64,000 nt of DNA. It comes from Callorhinchus milii (lineage: Eukaryota). Below, piece by piece: positions 13,403 through 25,602 of this stretch. The stretch's first letter is position 1; each line of letters opens with the position of its first letter. The notes below the pieces were generated by a model. The model was not told the origin of the DNA and did not search any database. It saw nothing but the letters and a program-made list of their open reading frames with translations. The DNA is taken from NCBI RefSeq assembly GCF_018977255.1, contig NW_024704742.1, positions 45,634,001-45,698,000 of the forward strand. Direction: 5' to 3'. The translations under genes and the position numbers were made by a program.

Positions 13403-14981
13403 TTTTTTTTTGAAATTATATATTTATTTATAAATACAATATTTAGTACAACAGAAATCCAAAACAAACACGTCTTCTGTTACCATTTTTCACTTCCTCA
13501 CGATACAAAAAAAAACAGTTGTTTACGGTAGCTTCCTTCACCGCACATAGGTTGTGCATAGTTTCCTTTGGAACGCTCCCTTCAAAACAGTTGGGAGTCG
13601 TCCATCACATCCATGTACATGCCCGCATACACCCTGATTGCCGCTTTCGGAGAGCGTCTCGATGTGAACCGTACGCGCACATGTTTACCGTCCATACATT
13701 TTCAGAACGCTCTTTGGTTACATCTCGAGTGTCCTTCTGCACCCTTACTTCAGTCAGTTTTGGGTGCGCTCATGGGCTACCCGGTGAGTGCACCCTGAAC
13801 GGGTTGTGCTGGAGCGGCTCCTGCGGGGTTCAGGCCCCATCTGGCCTTTGCTGTGGTTGTCCCTCAGTACATAGACCCTGATCCTACCATGCACGAGCCT
13901 GAGGCAGGCCCTCACCGTCCCTCGTTCTGCCAGAAGAACCCCTGGTTTCAGGAGTGCTAAAGGGCCTCCTTTACTAAGGTTATGATCCTTCAGATTGTTG
14001 TCATAGGGTACCTCCCGATTGGGTCTGCCCTCTCACCCTTTCGGACTGTTTTAATTACCTGCCGCACAGACCACTCAGTGAGGGGGTCTGGGATGATGAT
14101 GTTCAGGAATTTCTCAACATAGGATAGGTGGTTCAGCACACTCCAACTGCTTGGAACATTTTGAGGCCTTTCCGCCAGACTCACCCTTCTTAGCACCAGG
14201 CACAGGAAGAAACTCAGCATGTAGTAACATTCGTTGCTGGTGTAGCGGGGTGCCAGGCACAGCCTCAGGCAGCTACACACAAAGGTGGCCATGAGGATCA
14301 GGGCTATGTTAGGTTCTCTTTTCCCCCCTTTTCCGGGATTTTGTCCATTGTGTCTCTTTGGATACGATCCATCTTGGACCCCCAGAGCTGGCGCTCTGGT
14401 GACTGCAGTGAAATTATTCCTGTTCAGAGGGCTGGGCCACATATACTAACATCAAGAGGGCCTCAAACTTTCTAATCAGATTTTTCCCCGGTGATGGACA
14501 GTGAATGCTGGTGCCACACCACCAGTTTCTTCCTCACTATACCTAGACGCTCCTCCCAACTTTTTTGGCACGTGCTGACCACCCCGAACCAAATGCCAAG
14601 GACTTTGATGTAGTCTGGCTTCACCGGAAATGGTATGTGACTGCGTTCTTTCCAGGCTCCAAGATACATCATCTCATTTATCTGGCAGTTGACCTTGTCC
14701 CCCAAGACTTGATCAAACTGGTCCCAGATGCCTCGCAGGCCCGAGACCGATTTTTGGTCTGTGCAAAAGACAGTGACATCATCCATATACAGGGAGGTCT
14801 TGGCGTGTGTGCCATAACTGCACATGATGGTGATACCTCTGATGCTCTCATCCCTCCTGATGGCCTGTGCAAAAGGGTCGATGCAGCAGACAAACAGGGT
14901 GGGGGATAGGGAACGGCTCAGTCTCTTACCCATTTACTGTGACTGCGCTACAGATGTCTTTGTAGAGCAGTCAGATCTACT
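13403..14981 (-). mobile_element. Tx1-like (L1 clade) retrotransposon, 5'-truncated and internally deleted
   Basis: RT motifs LSPTLFVCCIDPF and KTSLYMDDVTVF, then PNIALILMATFVC and a C-terminal VKEAL...YVLRD. AATAAA (minus, 13423-13428), A9 tail (13403-13411), and tggtgtca on both flanks. Confidence 0.88.
14472..14933 (-). pseudogene. Tx1-like reverse transcriptase remnant (YMDD)
   Basis: The 153-aa track ORF carries RT motifs including YMDD and KVLGIWF. The QG motif is missing and the frame breaks downstream. Confidence 0.85.
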
Positions 14982-15007
14982 TGGTGTCAATCATGAAAGT
15001 GAGTGTT

Positions 15008-15405
15008 AGTTGTGAGAGTTGTTCAGTTGGTAGCACTCTTACCTCTGAGTCAGAAGGTTATGGGTTCAAACCCCAGGTCAGGACTTGTTGACATCAGTTC
15101 ATGCTGACAATCAGTGCAGCGTTGGGGGAGAGGTGCATTGTTGGAAGGAACGTCCTACAGATGAGACCTTAAACTGCGGTCTTGTCTGCTTGTTGGGGTG
15201 GATGTTAAAGATCTCAAGGTACTATTTGAAAAGAGAAGGAAGTTTCTCCCAATGTCATGGTCAACAATCTTCCAGAGAAAATTTATTATTCACTTCATGG
15301 CTGTTTGTGGGACATTGCTGTGCACAAATTGGCTTGTGGTGAAGTACTTTGAGATCTAGATGATGTAATGAAGCAGTATATCAAATGCAAAGATTATTAT
15401 ATTAT
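15008..15405 (+). mobile_element. SINE-B, near full length
   Basis: Head cagttggtagcactct..ctctgagtcagaagg..gggttcaaaccc, Deu-like core gatgagaccttaaac..gttaaagatc, tail atcaaatgcaaagattatt. Confidence 0.85.
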
Positions 15406-16259
15406 AAAGTGACTCCCACAATGCTTTGTGATCTCTATCTACCTCACCAATGATACCTTTATCCAGGCTGGTGCTTGGCTGTTGTGATGTTAAACTGCTT
15501 CAAGATATTTAAGTACTTCATGGCATATCCTACATGAAAAGCTCTATATAAGTGCAAGCTGTTGATGTGCTGACAGTGTGGTTGGCAAAACTGCTTTAAG
15601 GCATCTGGTCCTACATATATATATATATATACTACTGATCAACATTGCTGCCTTGTTCTCAGGTGACAAGAAATGGTAAAGATTGGTTAAAGAATGGGAG
15701 AGCTTTTACACACTACAAATATAAATCCTTCATTTTCCAACTTGACAGTACAGTCAAGTTATTCTCATTGCACATTAGCCCCTGTTTCACAATTACTTGT
15801 GTCTTTTGTGTGAGATTAGAGGTTTCTCTAATTTGAGTCAATATGGTAAAATTGTCTTGTTTCCATTTTTGATGTGTGAGATCTATTTCTCTCAAGATTA
15901 TATTACAATAACTTGGCACAGAGTTGGATAATAGACAAAAATGAAGCTCGGTCAATAAAAAAAAGGCAAAAGTAAATACTGTCATGAGTAAACTTCTTAC
16001 AAATAAAGATATCATAAGAAAGTTAATTACATTTTGCTGTTTGGGGCTCAAAATTCCTCATGGCTAATTTTCCAGTTTTTTTTAATCAGTCCTGAGCAAA
16101 ATTGACTGCTAGATCAAGTTTGAATTTTCCGAATATTTTCCAAAATTTCAAATAATCTAAATAGCATATTATGGAGGGATGGAGATCAGATGGGCAAAAA
16201 GGCCTTCTTCATCCAAACTAATCTAGTAATAAACTAATAATAATCCGTACAAATTTAGG

Positions 16260-16376
16260 GAGGACAAGTCTGCAGAGCTATGGGATTGATTTGGATAGCT
16301 CTTTTTAAAGAGTCGGCACAAACACAATGGGCTGAATGGCCTCCTTCTGTACTGTATAATTCTATGATTCTATGAT
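16260..16376 (+). mobile_element. CR1 3' terminus
   Basis: atgggctgaatggcctccttctgt followed by (ttctatga)2, the typical CR1 octamer tail. Confidence 0.8.
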
Positions 16377-16454
16377 CCTAGAACTTATCACGTCATCAAG
16401 ACATCTCAAAACGCTTTCCAGGATATACTGTCTTGTGGGTGAAATGTGGGTGAT

Positions 16455-16695
16455 CAGTGGCAGAGGTAGTAGGGGCGAGGGGGGTAACTGCTACCCCTGG
16501 TAGCCTTTAAGTGTATATATGGCACCTTTACAAGCATATTGTTACAAGGTAATCGTTTGGAGTATGTTTAAAAACAACACTTCATTGTTTCAAGCTGGGT
16601 TGCGATCTTGCACGGGAAGTGTTTGTCTGGGGTGGGGTGGGGGCTGGTAAATGACTCATCACCCTTCCTGGTTGCCAAATCTGGCTCCGCTACTG
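16455..16695. mobile_element. Non-autonomous hAT-like DNA transposon (MITE)
   Basis: TIRs cagtggcagag and ctccgctactg (rc cagtagcggag). The 8-bp flanks tgggtgat and cttgtgat match at 5/8. Confidence 0.55.
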
Positions 16696-16789
16696 CTTGT
16701 GATCTTGTGAAAAATGATCTGAACGCCAATGTAAACAAGTGACAATTATGTATTATATTCAAAAAATAGTAAGACAAATTCTCTTCTAC

Positions 16790-16953
16790 TCAATCCATGG
16801 TTGTTTGTGGGACACTCCTATGCGCAGTTGGCTACTGCATTTCGTCCACAAAATAAACTGTCAATTCACTTTACAGTATATTCTGTGAAGTGCTTTGAAA
16901 CATCTCTAAGATGTGATAAGGCCCGATATCAAATGCAAGGATTATTATTATTA
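16790..16953 (+). mobile_element. SINE 3' module
   Basis: tgtttgtgggacac..gtcaattcactttacag..gtgaagtgctttga..atcaaatgcaaggattatt. Confidence 0.8.
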
Positions 16954-17269
16954 TATGACTGTCAATGTTTGCAAATCCTAACACTTTTCCATTGTCAATA
17001 ATAGCGGATCGATTTCACAATTCAACTTGCAAATTGTAATTTAAATTTAGTTTAAATTTAATATTTAAACTAAATTAAATATTGATAACAATGCATATTC
17101 ATGAGCAATATCTCTGTTCCTAATTTTAATCCATGTTTTCAGACTGTTGATTATTTTAATTTTTACCCAACGTTGTGTCCCCTTGGTGTTTGACACACAC
17201 TGAAACCGTCCAAATAGATTGAAAATCCAATGGAAATTTCTACCTGAATGGAATGTCACTTCCTCCCCA

Positions 17270-17560
17270 GAAGGATGCACCTGCTTACGTAATCCTGGAA
17301 AGTATTAGGTGCAGATTGGTAAACCTGGTGCCTGATACATACAGAAACCCATCACTGCGCTTAAGAGTATCCAAACCAGACAAGGAGTTTATATATGCAT
17401 ACCACCTACACATGGTAATTTCCCTGTGTCTGCAATGGAATGCACAGTATCCCCCTGCAGAAGTGCACCCTGCTTCCCTAATTCTGGAGAGTCTTAGGCA
17501 CAAGCAACAGCAAAGGTTTGGGGTCCCCTGAGTGGGTGTCCGGATACTGCTATAGATAGA
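17270..17560 (-). mobile_element. Family C fragment
   Basis: gaaacccatcactgcgcttaagagtatccaaacc matches 55110-55146. Confidence 0.7.
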
Positions 17561-19157
17561 GCTTTGAGATGTCTCTAAGATGTGATAAGGTGTTATATCA
17601 GATGCAAGGATTTTTATTATTATATTAACCAGCTAAAACTGTATAACTTGTCATTGAGACCACCACTCTCTAGCAAGCTTCCCGCTGCTTGTCAAGCTAG
17701 TACAACCCCACCTGTTGTCTTAAAGGGTTAACCAGTCTAATATTGATTTGCCTGTGAAATGTGCTGAATGAATTACTGAACTGACCTCTTTCTTACTCCT
17801 TTCCCCCAAAAATAAAAGACTTATTAAAGAACATCCTTTCTATTTTCAAATATCACCTCTTTGCGTTTTGAAAGGTGACTCTTACCCCAAAGTGTGATTG
17901 ATTGATATTGATTTGATACAACTACATCTGCAATTATCACAGATACTGTGCTTCTATTTGTATAAATCGATCTGTGGTTAGAGATCCATATTGATTTAAA
18001 TTTTACTTCCACATTTTAGTGTCTGTGCTTTGGGATTATTTCCCAATTGAGACAATGAGCTTACTCCCAGGGTCAAGGCCAAAACTCTTCTCTATCCACC
18101 CATTGGAAGGTAAGTGGAAACGGTATAGATTAATTTACCTTTTTTTTCTTTTTAATAAATTGCTCTTGATCTATTCACCTCTCTTCTATCTCCTCTCATC
18201 TGCCTATGTTACACTCCAAGTAAACAGGTCTTAGAAATATAAGGTTGAAAAATGTTTTGTGTGATGTATTACCTTAACTGTGATAATTAATCCTTTGTTG
18301 CATGATCGATGCATTATGTTATTCCTTGTATTGTTTTGCTGAACCATGAACTGAATTTCAAATGTCCTGATAACCACATTTGTATTGCTATTTTGGTGCA
18401 TAAGTTGTGGGAGGCAATATAGAGCCTTTCACATTGGGAGAACACCTTAAAGACTTCACAGGACATAATGTAAAATGTAGCAACTGTGTACTTTGTAGAC
18501 GAATAACAATTTGTAGGGACAAGAACTTCATTCAACAGAGAAAACTGACCTTTTTGTTAGGTCTCAGGCCCATTTATTATTTCTTTTGGACTTTATTCTC
18601 TCCAGTTAGACATAAGTTCAACAATGCTCAGTGATTTAGCCTCAAGACTATTTTCTTAAAATGCACCAACAGGTTCCAACACGAAGATAAACAATAATTT
18701 TTATTTTGCAGAAGAATATATTAGTATATTCTTGGATTCACGTTATCATAAGCTTACTCCTTCATGGAGTAATGTAAAATATGCATCTTCATAACCAAGA
18801 TGTATTAATGCTCAGAACGCCTGCTCATAATGGGCGACTTCAACCTCCATCAAAACTCTCCTTGCACAACATCCTCGAATTTTACTGCCCTCCTCTCCTC
18901 TCTAAACATCACCCTCCACGTCAACTAGCCGACCCACAACCGTGCACCCCCTCGACCTCATCATCACACATGGCCTTGACATTTCCAACCTGTGCATCAC
19001 GGACAAGGCCATCTCGGACCACTTTCTCATCTCCTTCTCCTCTCGCATCCCTCTCTCCTCCATCAAGCCCTCAACCATTCTTTTCCGCCCATGGAAAGGC
19101 TTTCCCCCGAGACCCTCACAAAACCCCTCTCATCCTAATCCTCTGGCCTTCCACCCA

Positions 19158-19421
19158 AATAATAATAATAATCCTTACATTTGATGTAGCACTTTTCACG
19201 TCGGGAGGACGTCTCAAAGCGCTTCACAGAACACACTGTAAAGTGAATTGACTGTATATTTGTGGGTGAACGCAACAGCCAATTGCGCACAGCAATGTCC
19301 CACAAACAGTCGTAGATTGAAAATGACCAATTTATTATTGTTTTTGGTTTTGGAGGGATTATTATTAGGCGTGTGGAGTAAGGAAACTTGCCCAAGGTTT
19401 CGCCCTGCCTGGAATTGAACT
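19158..19421 (-). mobile_element. SINE-A short form, 5' part of head missing
   Basis: Near-identical to 47484-47740 but stops within the B box. Confidence 0.92.
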
Positions 19422-19699
19422 GCTGGCAAACACTATTAACAGATCTCTCTCCTCAGGATCAGTTTCATTCGCCCTCAAAATTGCGGTCATCACCTCACTC
19501 CTTAAAAAAAGTACACCCGATCCCTCCAACCTCAGCCACTACTGCGCTGTCTCAAACCTGCCCTTCCTTGCCAAAGCCCTGGAACGAGTTGTTGCCAACC
19601 AACTTCACGCACACCTCTCTCTCCACACCCTACTCGAACCCCTCCAGTCCAGTTTCCGCCCTGCCCACAGTACAGGGACAGCACTTGTGAAGGTCACAA

Positions 19700-20593
19700 A
19701 TGACATCATCTCTATCGCTGATCAGGGCTCCCTCTGCCTCCTCGTCCTCCTGGACCTCTCCACCGCGTTTGATACAGTCGATTACACCATCCTCATCCAC
19801 CTCCTGTCCTCCATCATCCACCTCAGTGGGACTGCACTCGCTTGGTTCGAGTCCTACCTTACGAACTGTCAGCACTACATTTCTGCAAATGGCTTTTCTT
19901 TGCGCTTCCACCCAGTCACCTGCAGGAAACCCCCAAGGATCCATCCTTGGCTCCCTTCTCTTCCTCATCTATATGCTCCCTCTCAGTGATGTCATCCACA
20001 GACACGGGGTTAACTTCCACATGTATGCGGATGACACTCAACTCTACTTTTCCACCTCCAGCTACGAGTCCCAGTCCCCTGATGTTCTGTCAGCTTGTCT
20101 GTTGGACATCAGGAGCTGGTTGAGTGCAAATTTCCTGCAGTTCAACGTCAACAAGGCAGAAGACATACTCTTTGGCTCCCGCGGTTCTGACCTCCTCAAC
20201 CTACTTGACTTGTCCTTAAAACTCTCTGAACCTGTGCGCAAGTTAGGCGTCATGTTCGATCCCCAGTTATCTTTCCTCCCCGACATCCGGTCCCTGATCA
20301 ACTCTGCTTTCTTCCACCTCCCCCACATTACCCATCTCCAACAATACCTCACCCCAAAAGCTGTCAAGACCTTTGTCCATGCCTTTGTCACCTCTCGGCT
20401 GAACTACTCTAATGCCCTACTCGACGATCTCCACTCCTCCACTTTCCACAAAATTCAGCTCATTCAAAACCGCGCTGCCCGCATTCTCACCCGCACCAAA
20501 CTTTGTTCCCCAATTACTCCAGTCCTTGCCAAACTCCACTGGCTCCCTGTCACAGAGTGCATCGACTTCAAGATCCTCATTCTAGTGTTTTAA
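19700..20593 (+). pseudogene. L2 ORF2 reverse transcriptase remnant (longest ORF, 297 aa)
   Basis: In frame from PQGSILG through YADD to FKILILVF. The N-terminal part of the ORF is out of frame with the RT. Confidence 0.9.
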
Positions 20594-21247
20594 AACCCTC
20601 CATTCCTTGGCACCCCCCTATCTCTAACCTCCTCTCTCCCCAAAGCAGTACCCGCTGCCTTTGCTCTACTGGGTCCAGCCTCCTCCACGTCCCCTTCCTC
20701 CGCTCCAACATCAGCGGCCGTACCTTCAGCCACTACACCCCGAAACTTTGGAACTCCTCCCTTCAAAAATACACAGACACTGCACTTTACCGCAATTACA
20801 AAGAAACTTCATTATAATGCTGTCAGCTGGATTTATCTCACTGACAGTATTATAATAGAAGTGCCTACAAACAGCTAACCTTTGGGTGTCATCAGGTCAA
20901 CACCAACCTCACATCCTGCATGTTATGCACGTGGATGCTATGAGCAGGAAGCATTGCTAACATCACTTCTTGTTATGAATTTTCTGAGCTTGTGGTGTTA
21001 GTGGTAACCTGACGTAAAGGAAGTCAATTACTTTTTGGGGTAGGGACCTGGCTAGTCAATGGTTCATTTGGTATCCTCGTTGCCTCTGGATCATCGGACA
21101 AAATATCTGGCCCTGATTCATTCTTAACCGCTTTAAATGCTTTGATTAATTTTGACAAAATCTGGTTAATCCGGAGAAAATGCCACGCTGTTCACTGCTG
21201 CATCACCTCACTCGTGCATTCTGTGTCTCCATTCAGTCACGAGCAGC

Positions 21248-21433
21248 TGGGAGGAGTCAAATGGGGATTGATTGACAACGGACTCCAACCATTCACTAGC
21301 AGCTCGAGGCTGTCAATCAGTGAGGGGGGGGGGGGTGGAGGAATGGGGAAGAAATAAGGGAGGGAATGGGAGGAGTCACATCACGATTGATTGACAGATG
21401 GAGTGTCCATCCATTCACAAGCAGCTCCAGGCT
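21248..21433 (+). repeat. ~65-bp imperfect direct repeat carrying TGATTGACAG motifs
   Basis: gggaggagtca..gattgattgaca..ccattcac.agcagctc.aggct occurs at 21248-21311 and 21368-21433. Confidence 0.8.
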
Positions 21434-22839
21434 ACCAGTTGTTGCCTATCTATCTTGTCAATGCTCTTCATAACCTTAAACACTCAATCACATTGCCCCT
21501 TAACCTGCTCAGCTCTAGAGAATATTAACCAAGGATACCAAGTCTCTCGTTAGCACTAATTCTCTTCTTGCTTACTGCAATTCAGCTACTTGTCATACAT
21601 TTTGCTACAATCTTTATTTGCAGATAAGTAGCTGCTGACTGACAGTGAATTGAAACAATTCCATTTTTATTATATTTTCTCTTGTGATTAAAATGTGACT
21701 GGTTAAAAGTGGGTGGGGGGAGGTAGAGAGAAAAAATCATTGTTTAATCGTTGTTTAAGTGCTTTGTGACAGCTTCCCGGTGTGAAAGGCATTGTATAAA
21801 TGTAAATTGTATTGTATCGAACGGGAGTGGGGTGTTATAAACAGTATGGTGTGAATATATCCAGTCTCCACCAAAGCACTTTAATATGGATGAAGCCAGT
21901 CTGTGGAAAGGCATTTCCACAGATTTATTGATAATAATAAATTGATCACTTCAATCCACGACCGTTTGTAGGACACTACAATTGGCTGCCGAGTTTCGCC
22001 CACAAAATATGAATCACTTTGAGACGTCTCAAAGACGTGATAAAGCGCTATATCAAATGCAAGGATTGTTGTCATTTATTTCATCTGTAGCAAAGAAGCA
22101 CATGTGAGTACAAATTCCATTCAGCGGTATGCATATCGCCTTTGGCTATGTTGGCTACTAATAGGATTTCTGATTATAATTATCCATCGCCAAAGGCTCT
22201 GCCTGTAACAATGAATGGAATTTTTACCCCATGATCCACAATTCCCAACAGCCCATATTCTCACCCGTGCTTATTAATCCAGTGAAACCATCTTCATAGA
22301 AAAGTATCACTTGCTCATGGGGAATGACTATGAACTATCACAGTTTAAGATGTGTGTGCATTAGTTTCAGTTTGGATAACCTTTGAAAGCTGAATCCGAA
22401 TCCATACTCCAGCTTTTCCCAAATGCTTATGCTGAATCTGGTTGTTCAGCCACAGATGTTCTTAGGTGCAACACTTAGAATCTACATCTTAACGTTAACT
22501 TCCAGCAACAATATAAGAGCATTGAAAAAAATTAAGGAATTGTTAAACAATGAGAATGGGAAAATGCCAAATAACCATTTGTATAATTCATTTCACTTCA
22601 TAAATATTATTCCAATACCTTAAAGGTCAAACAAACATAATACAATTTGTGAAGAATGAATGGCAGCACATAATGCATTAATTGTTACATGATTAATTGT
22701 TCCCTTTAAAAGGGCTGCACTGATTGCAACCTAACTTAATCTCAATAGATTTATGCTGAATGTTTTCTTAATTTTTTGGAGGAATTCATCAGTATTCTTG
22801 CTTATACATATAATTTGTAATATCGCTAATTTCCCTCAA

Positions 22840-23017
22840 TTACTTCAAGATCCATCTCAAGACCTTCCTCTTTGACTGCACCTTCGGTCAACCTCTCTCC
22901 CACCACCCCTTGGCCTCCATCCTTCCCGAATCCAAACCCCAGCTCGTGTGCAAATTCTCAACTAACGAGGACCTTAGGTGAAAAGTGCTATGTAAGTTCA
23001 ATTTGCTGTTGTTGTTT
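22840..23017 (+). mobile_element. L2 3' end
   Basis: cttcaagatccatctcaagaccttcctctttgac...gtgaaaagtgctat...gttgttgtt. Confidence 0.8.
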
Positions 23018-23494
23018 ATTTGGGATATGATTAGATATCAAACACTTTTCAATTGAGGTTAACATTTCCTGAGAACTAACAACCACTTTTGCAAGAGTCT
23101 GAAGTATTGTCTCACAAGGATCTCACAAAGCCTGCTGACATGGTGAATATGTTTCCTTTTAAGATGAAGTTCTGTTTCTGCGGCATAAAATAAAGGGAGA
23201 AGCTGATTTGGGGTGTTTACCAAGAGGGGTGGAATGTCAAAAGATGACCGAATTAACAGTCAAAGAGGTACAAGAGGATTGAGGGACACCAAGATGGAGT
23301 TTCAGAAAGTGGTGGCAGAATAATAATGATAATAATAATCCTTTTATTTGAAACACTGCCTTATTATGTCTTTGAGACTTCCCAAATTGCTTGACAGAAT
23401 ATACCACAAAGTTAAGTAATTGTATATTTTGTGGGCAAAATGTGGCAGCCAAATGTGCACATACTTTAGAATGTCTAAAAGTTTACCCACCAAT

Positions 23495-23808
23495 AATAAT
23501 AACCATAATAATCCCTGTATTTGATGTAGATCTTTTCACATCTTCTCGATGTCTCAAAGTGATTCACAGAATATACTGTAAATTGAATTGATTGTACATT
23601 TGTGGGTGAAACACGGCAGCCAGTTGCGCACAGCAGTGTCCCACAAATAGTCGTGGATTGAGTGACCAAATTATTATTTTTTTGTTGACATGCTATTATC
23701 AGGTGTGTGGAGTAAGGAAACTTGCCCAAGGTTTCGCCAGACTGGGAATCAAACCCAGGTCTCTCGCTTGTGAGGCGAGTGCTCTAACTACTGAGCTTCA
23801 GGACTCCA
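23495..23808 (-). mobile_element. SINE-A short form
   Basis: Complete head (gaatcaaacccagg..gtgctctaactactgagct.caggactcc) and (aat)n tail. A second partial tail lies at 23322-23460. Confidence 0.9.
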
Positions 23809-23894
23809 ATGGTGTGCAAATAGGATGGGGAACATAATGTCCAGGCTGGTGTTTCCTGAGAGAAAGGAGTGGACACATTGTGGTAAATTTACTC

Positions 23895-24062
23895 TTATGG
23901 AGCATTTTAGAGTTTCCAGAAACTGGCAAATTGTTAAATACAGTCTTAACTTTATACTTGGCTTTCTGAATTTTTTAAAAGATTTCACGGAAATCCATCT
24001 TCGAAATTAAGGCTGTATTAAAGAATTTGTCATTTTGTCGATTCCTGGATGCTCTGAAATCC
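23895..24062. repeat. Palindromic AT-rich element (family E)
   Basis: The ends attttagagtttccagaaac and gattcctggatgctctgaaat are inverted. A second copy at 27719-27880 shares ttatggagcattttagag exactly. Confidence 0.6.
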
Positions 24063-25602
24063 TATATCACTAAATAAATCTCGACACACAATGGAATTTC
24101 TCCCAAATAGTCTTCAAATTAAATATTGCATAGAAATATGGAAAATCCTTACCTTTGGAAACCGTGGCTTTTTAAGAACTTTAAAAAGCTTCCAAATTGA
24201 AACTGAATTAAGAATTGTCCACAACCTTACATTTTAGGACAAAATGGTCCTATAGGCTAAAACTAGATGGAATTTGGGCCTTTTGTTATGGATCCTATGG
24301 CCAATTGTTGGTTTGATACATTAATTTTGAAAAGAACACCAATGAACCGCTGAAAAAAGAAGCCATGACATAAAAAGTGTTTACTGCTGGGAATCATCTG
24401 GAGATCATTTCAACCTGTGAGACTTCAGCTCAAACCTAAGATCTCTTCAGAGACAGCGCTTCAGAGATCAGGGTGACACACAGGGTATTGCAGTAGAAAA
24501 CACAAGTTATGTTGCGGGCACTTTATCTATCATTAAGTTGCGATTCTGCTCAGTCCATCACTTTTTCGCTGCGCTGTCACCTTTCTGGAAAATGAACGCC
24601 ATGTTCACATATCTTAAACACAATAAACATCAGCTTGAACTCAGTTCCTGTCCGTCTGCTTCCGCAGTACTGACCTTCATCATGAGACTTTCACTTGCTG
24701 TTAATGAAGGCTCTTACATATTCCCTTTGTAGTTCTTTTTTCTATTTAAAAAAACAAAAACCTTTCCTTCTCCAGCTAACTGGCATTTTAACTCTAATAG
24801 CCAATTACTCTGCATGTAATGAAAGTTCACATATGTTACTATATCTATAACCGCAAGTCTTAGCTGAGTGCTTCAGTAAGCTGAAGGTCTCGTACTGCAG
24901 GAAAAAAACAATCTTGAACATGCCATGTGATTATTTATGGATCAAATTAAATTGTAAAATAACTATCAAGCAGATTAATTAATTTGAGGAATTCACCGTG
25001 AATTCATCCCTGACTTGTTAATTAACTGGATGACCCTTTCTCTTTTGTCATTTTTAACATACAATTTGCACTGCATATTGAAATGTATTCTTTCTTGATT
25101 TATTTTCTCAGGAATGACACACACCTGGATTTCGAGATATACATCCCACTGAAAGATGGAATGCTAAAAGAAACACGAGCATATGATGGACCCGAAAGAC
25201 CCAATTACACACATGTTATCCATATTTTAAGGAAAATATGTATTGGTTATTAATGTGCAGTAAAGTCCTTATTCAGGTGATTATCAGGATTCCATACGTC
25301 TCCAAAAATACATCATAAAGAACTAAAATGTCTTAATTGTTGGATAAATTATGTGAGCATGATTTTATTTTTCAAATTTTCTACATTATCTTCAAATGCT
25401 GTATGCTTTGCATAGTGCTGCTCATCCATCTCCATCTCTTACTACTGACAGGTGACATATTTCACCACTGCTTCCAACAGTGCTGCTGAATGAACTGACA
25501 TGTTTATAGCCAGGCCAAGACGACAAATATCAGTTTTTTTTTCTAACCAAGTAGAAGAGCCCCAGATCTTTAAAGTAACAGGACAATTAAAGATTGCAAA
25601 AA

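Larger units (their letters stand above)
18830..20762 (+). mobile_element. L2 LINE with APE endonuclease C-terminus and RT, interrupted by SINE-A
   Basis: GDFNLH, PLDLIIT and AISDHF (endonuclease); LLDLSTAFDTVD, QGSILG, HMYADDTQLY and LHWLP (RT and C-terminus). Frameshifted, linker deleted, no 3' tail. Confidence 0.93.

Noticed and set aside
17044..17076. Perfect 14-bp inverted repeat with a 5-nt loop
   Set aside because: Almost pure A/T low complexity, with no sign of function.
19700..20593. RT ORF as a retron, DGR or domesticated gene
   Set aside because: It has clear L2 motifs, frameshifts and several decayed paralogues in the window.
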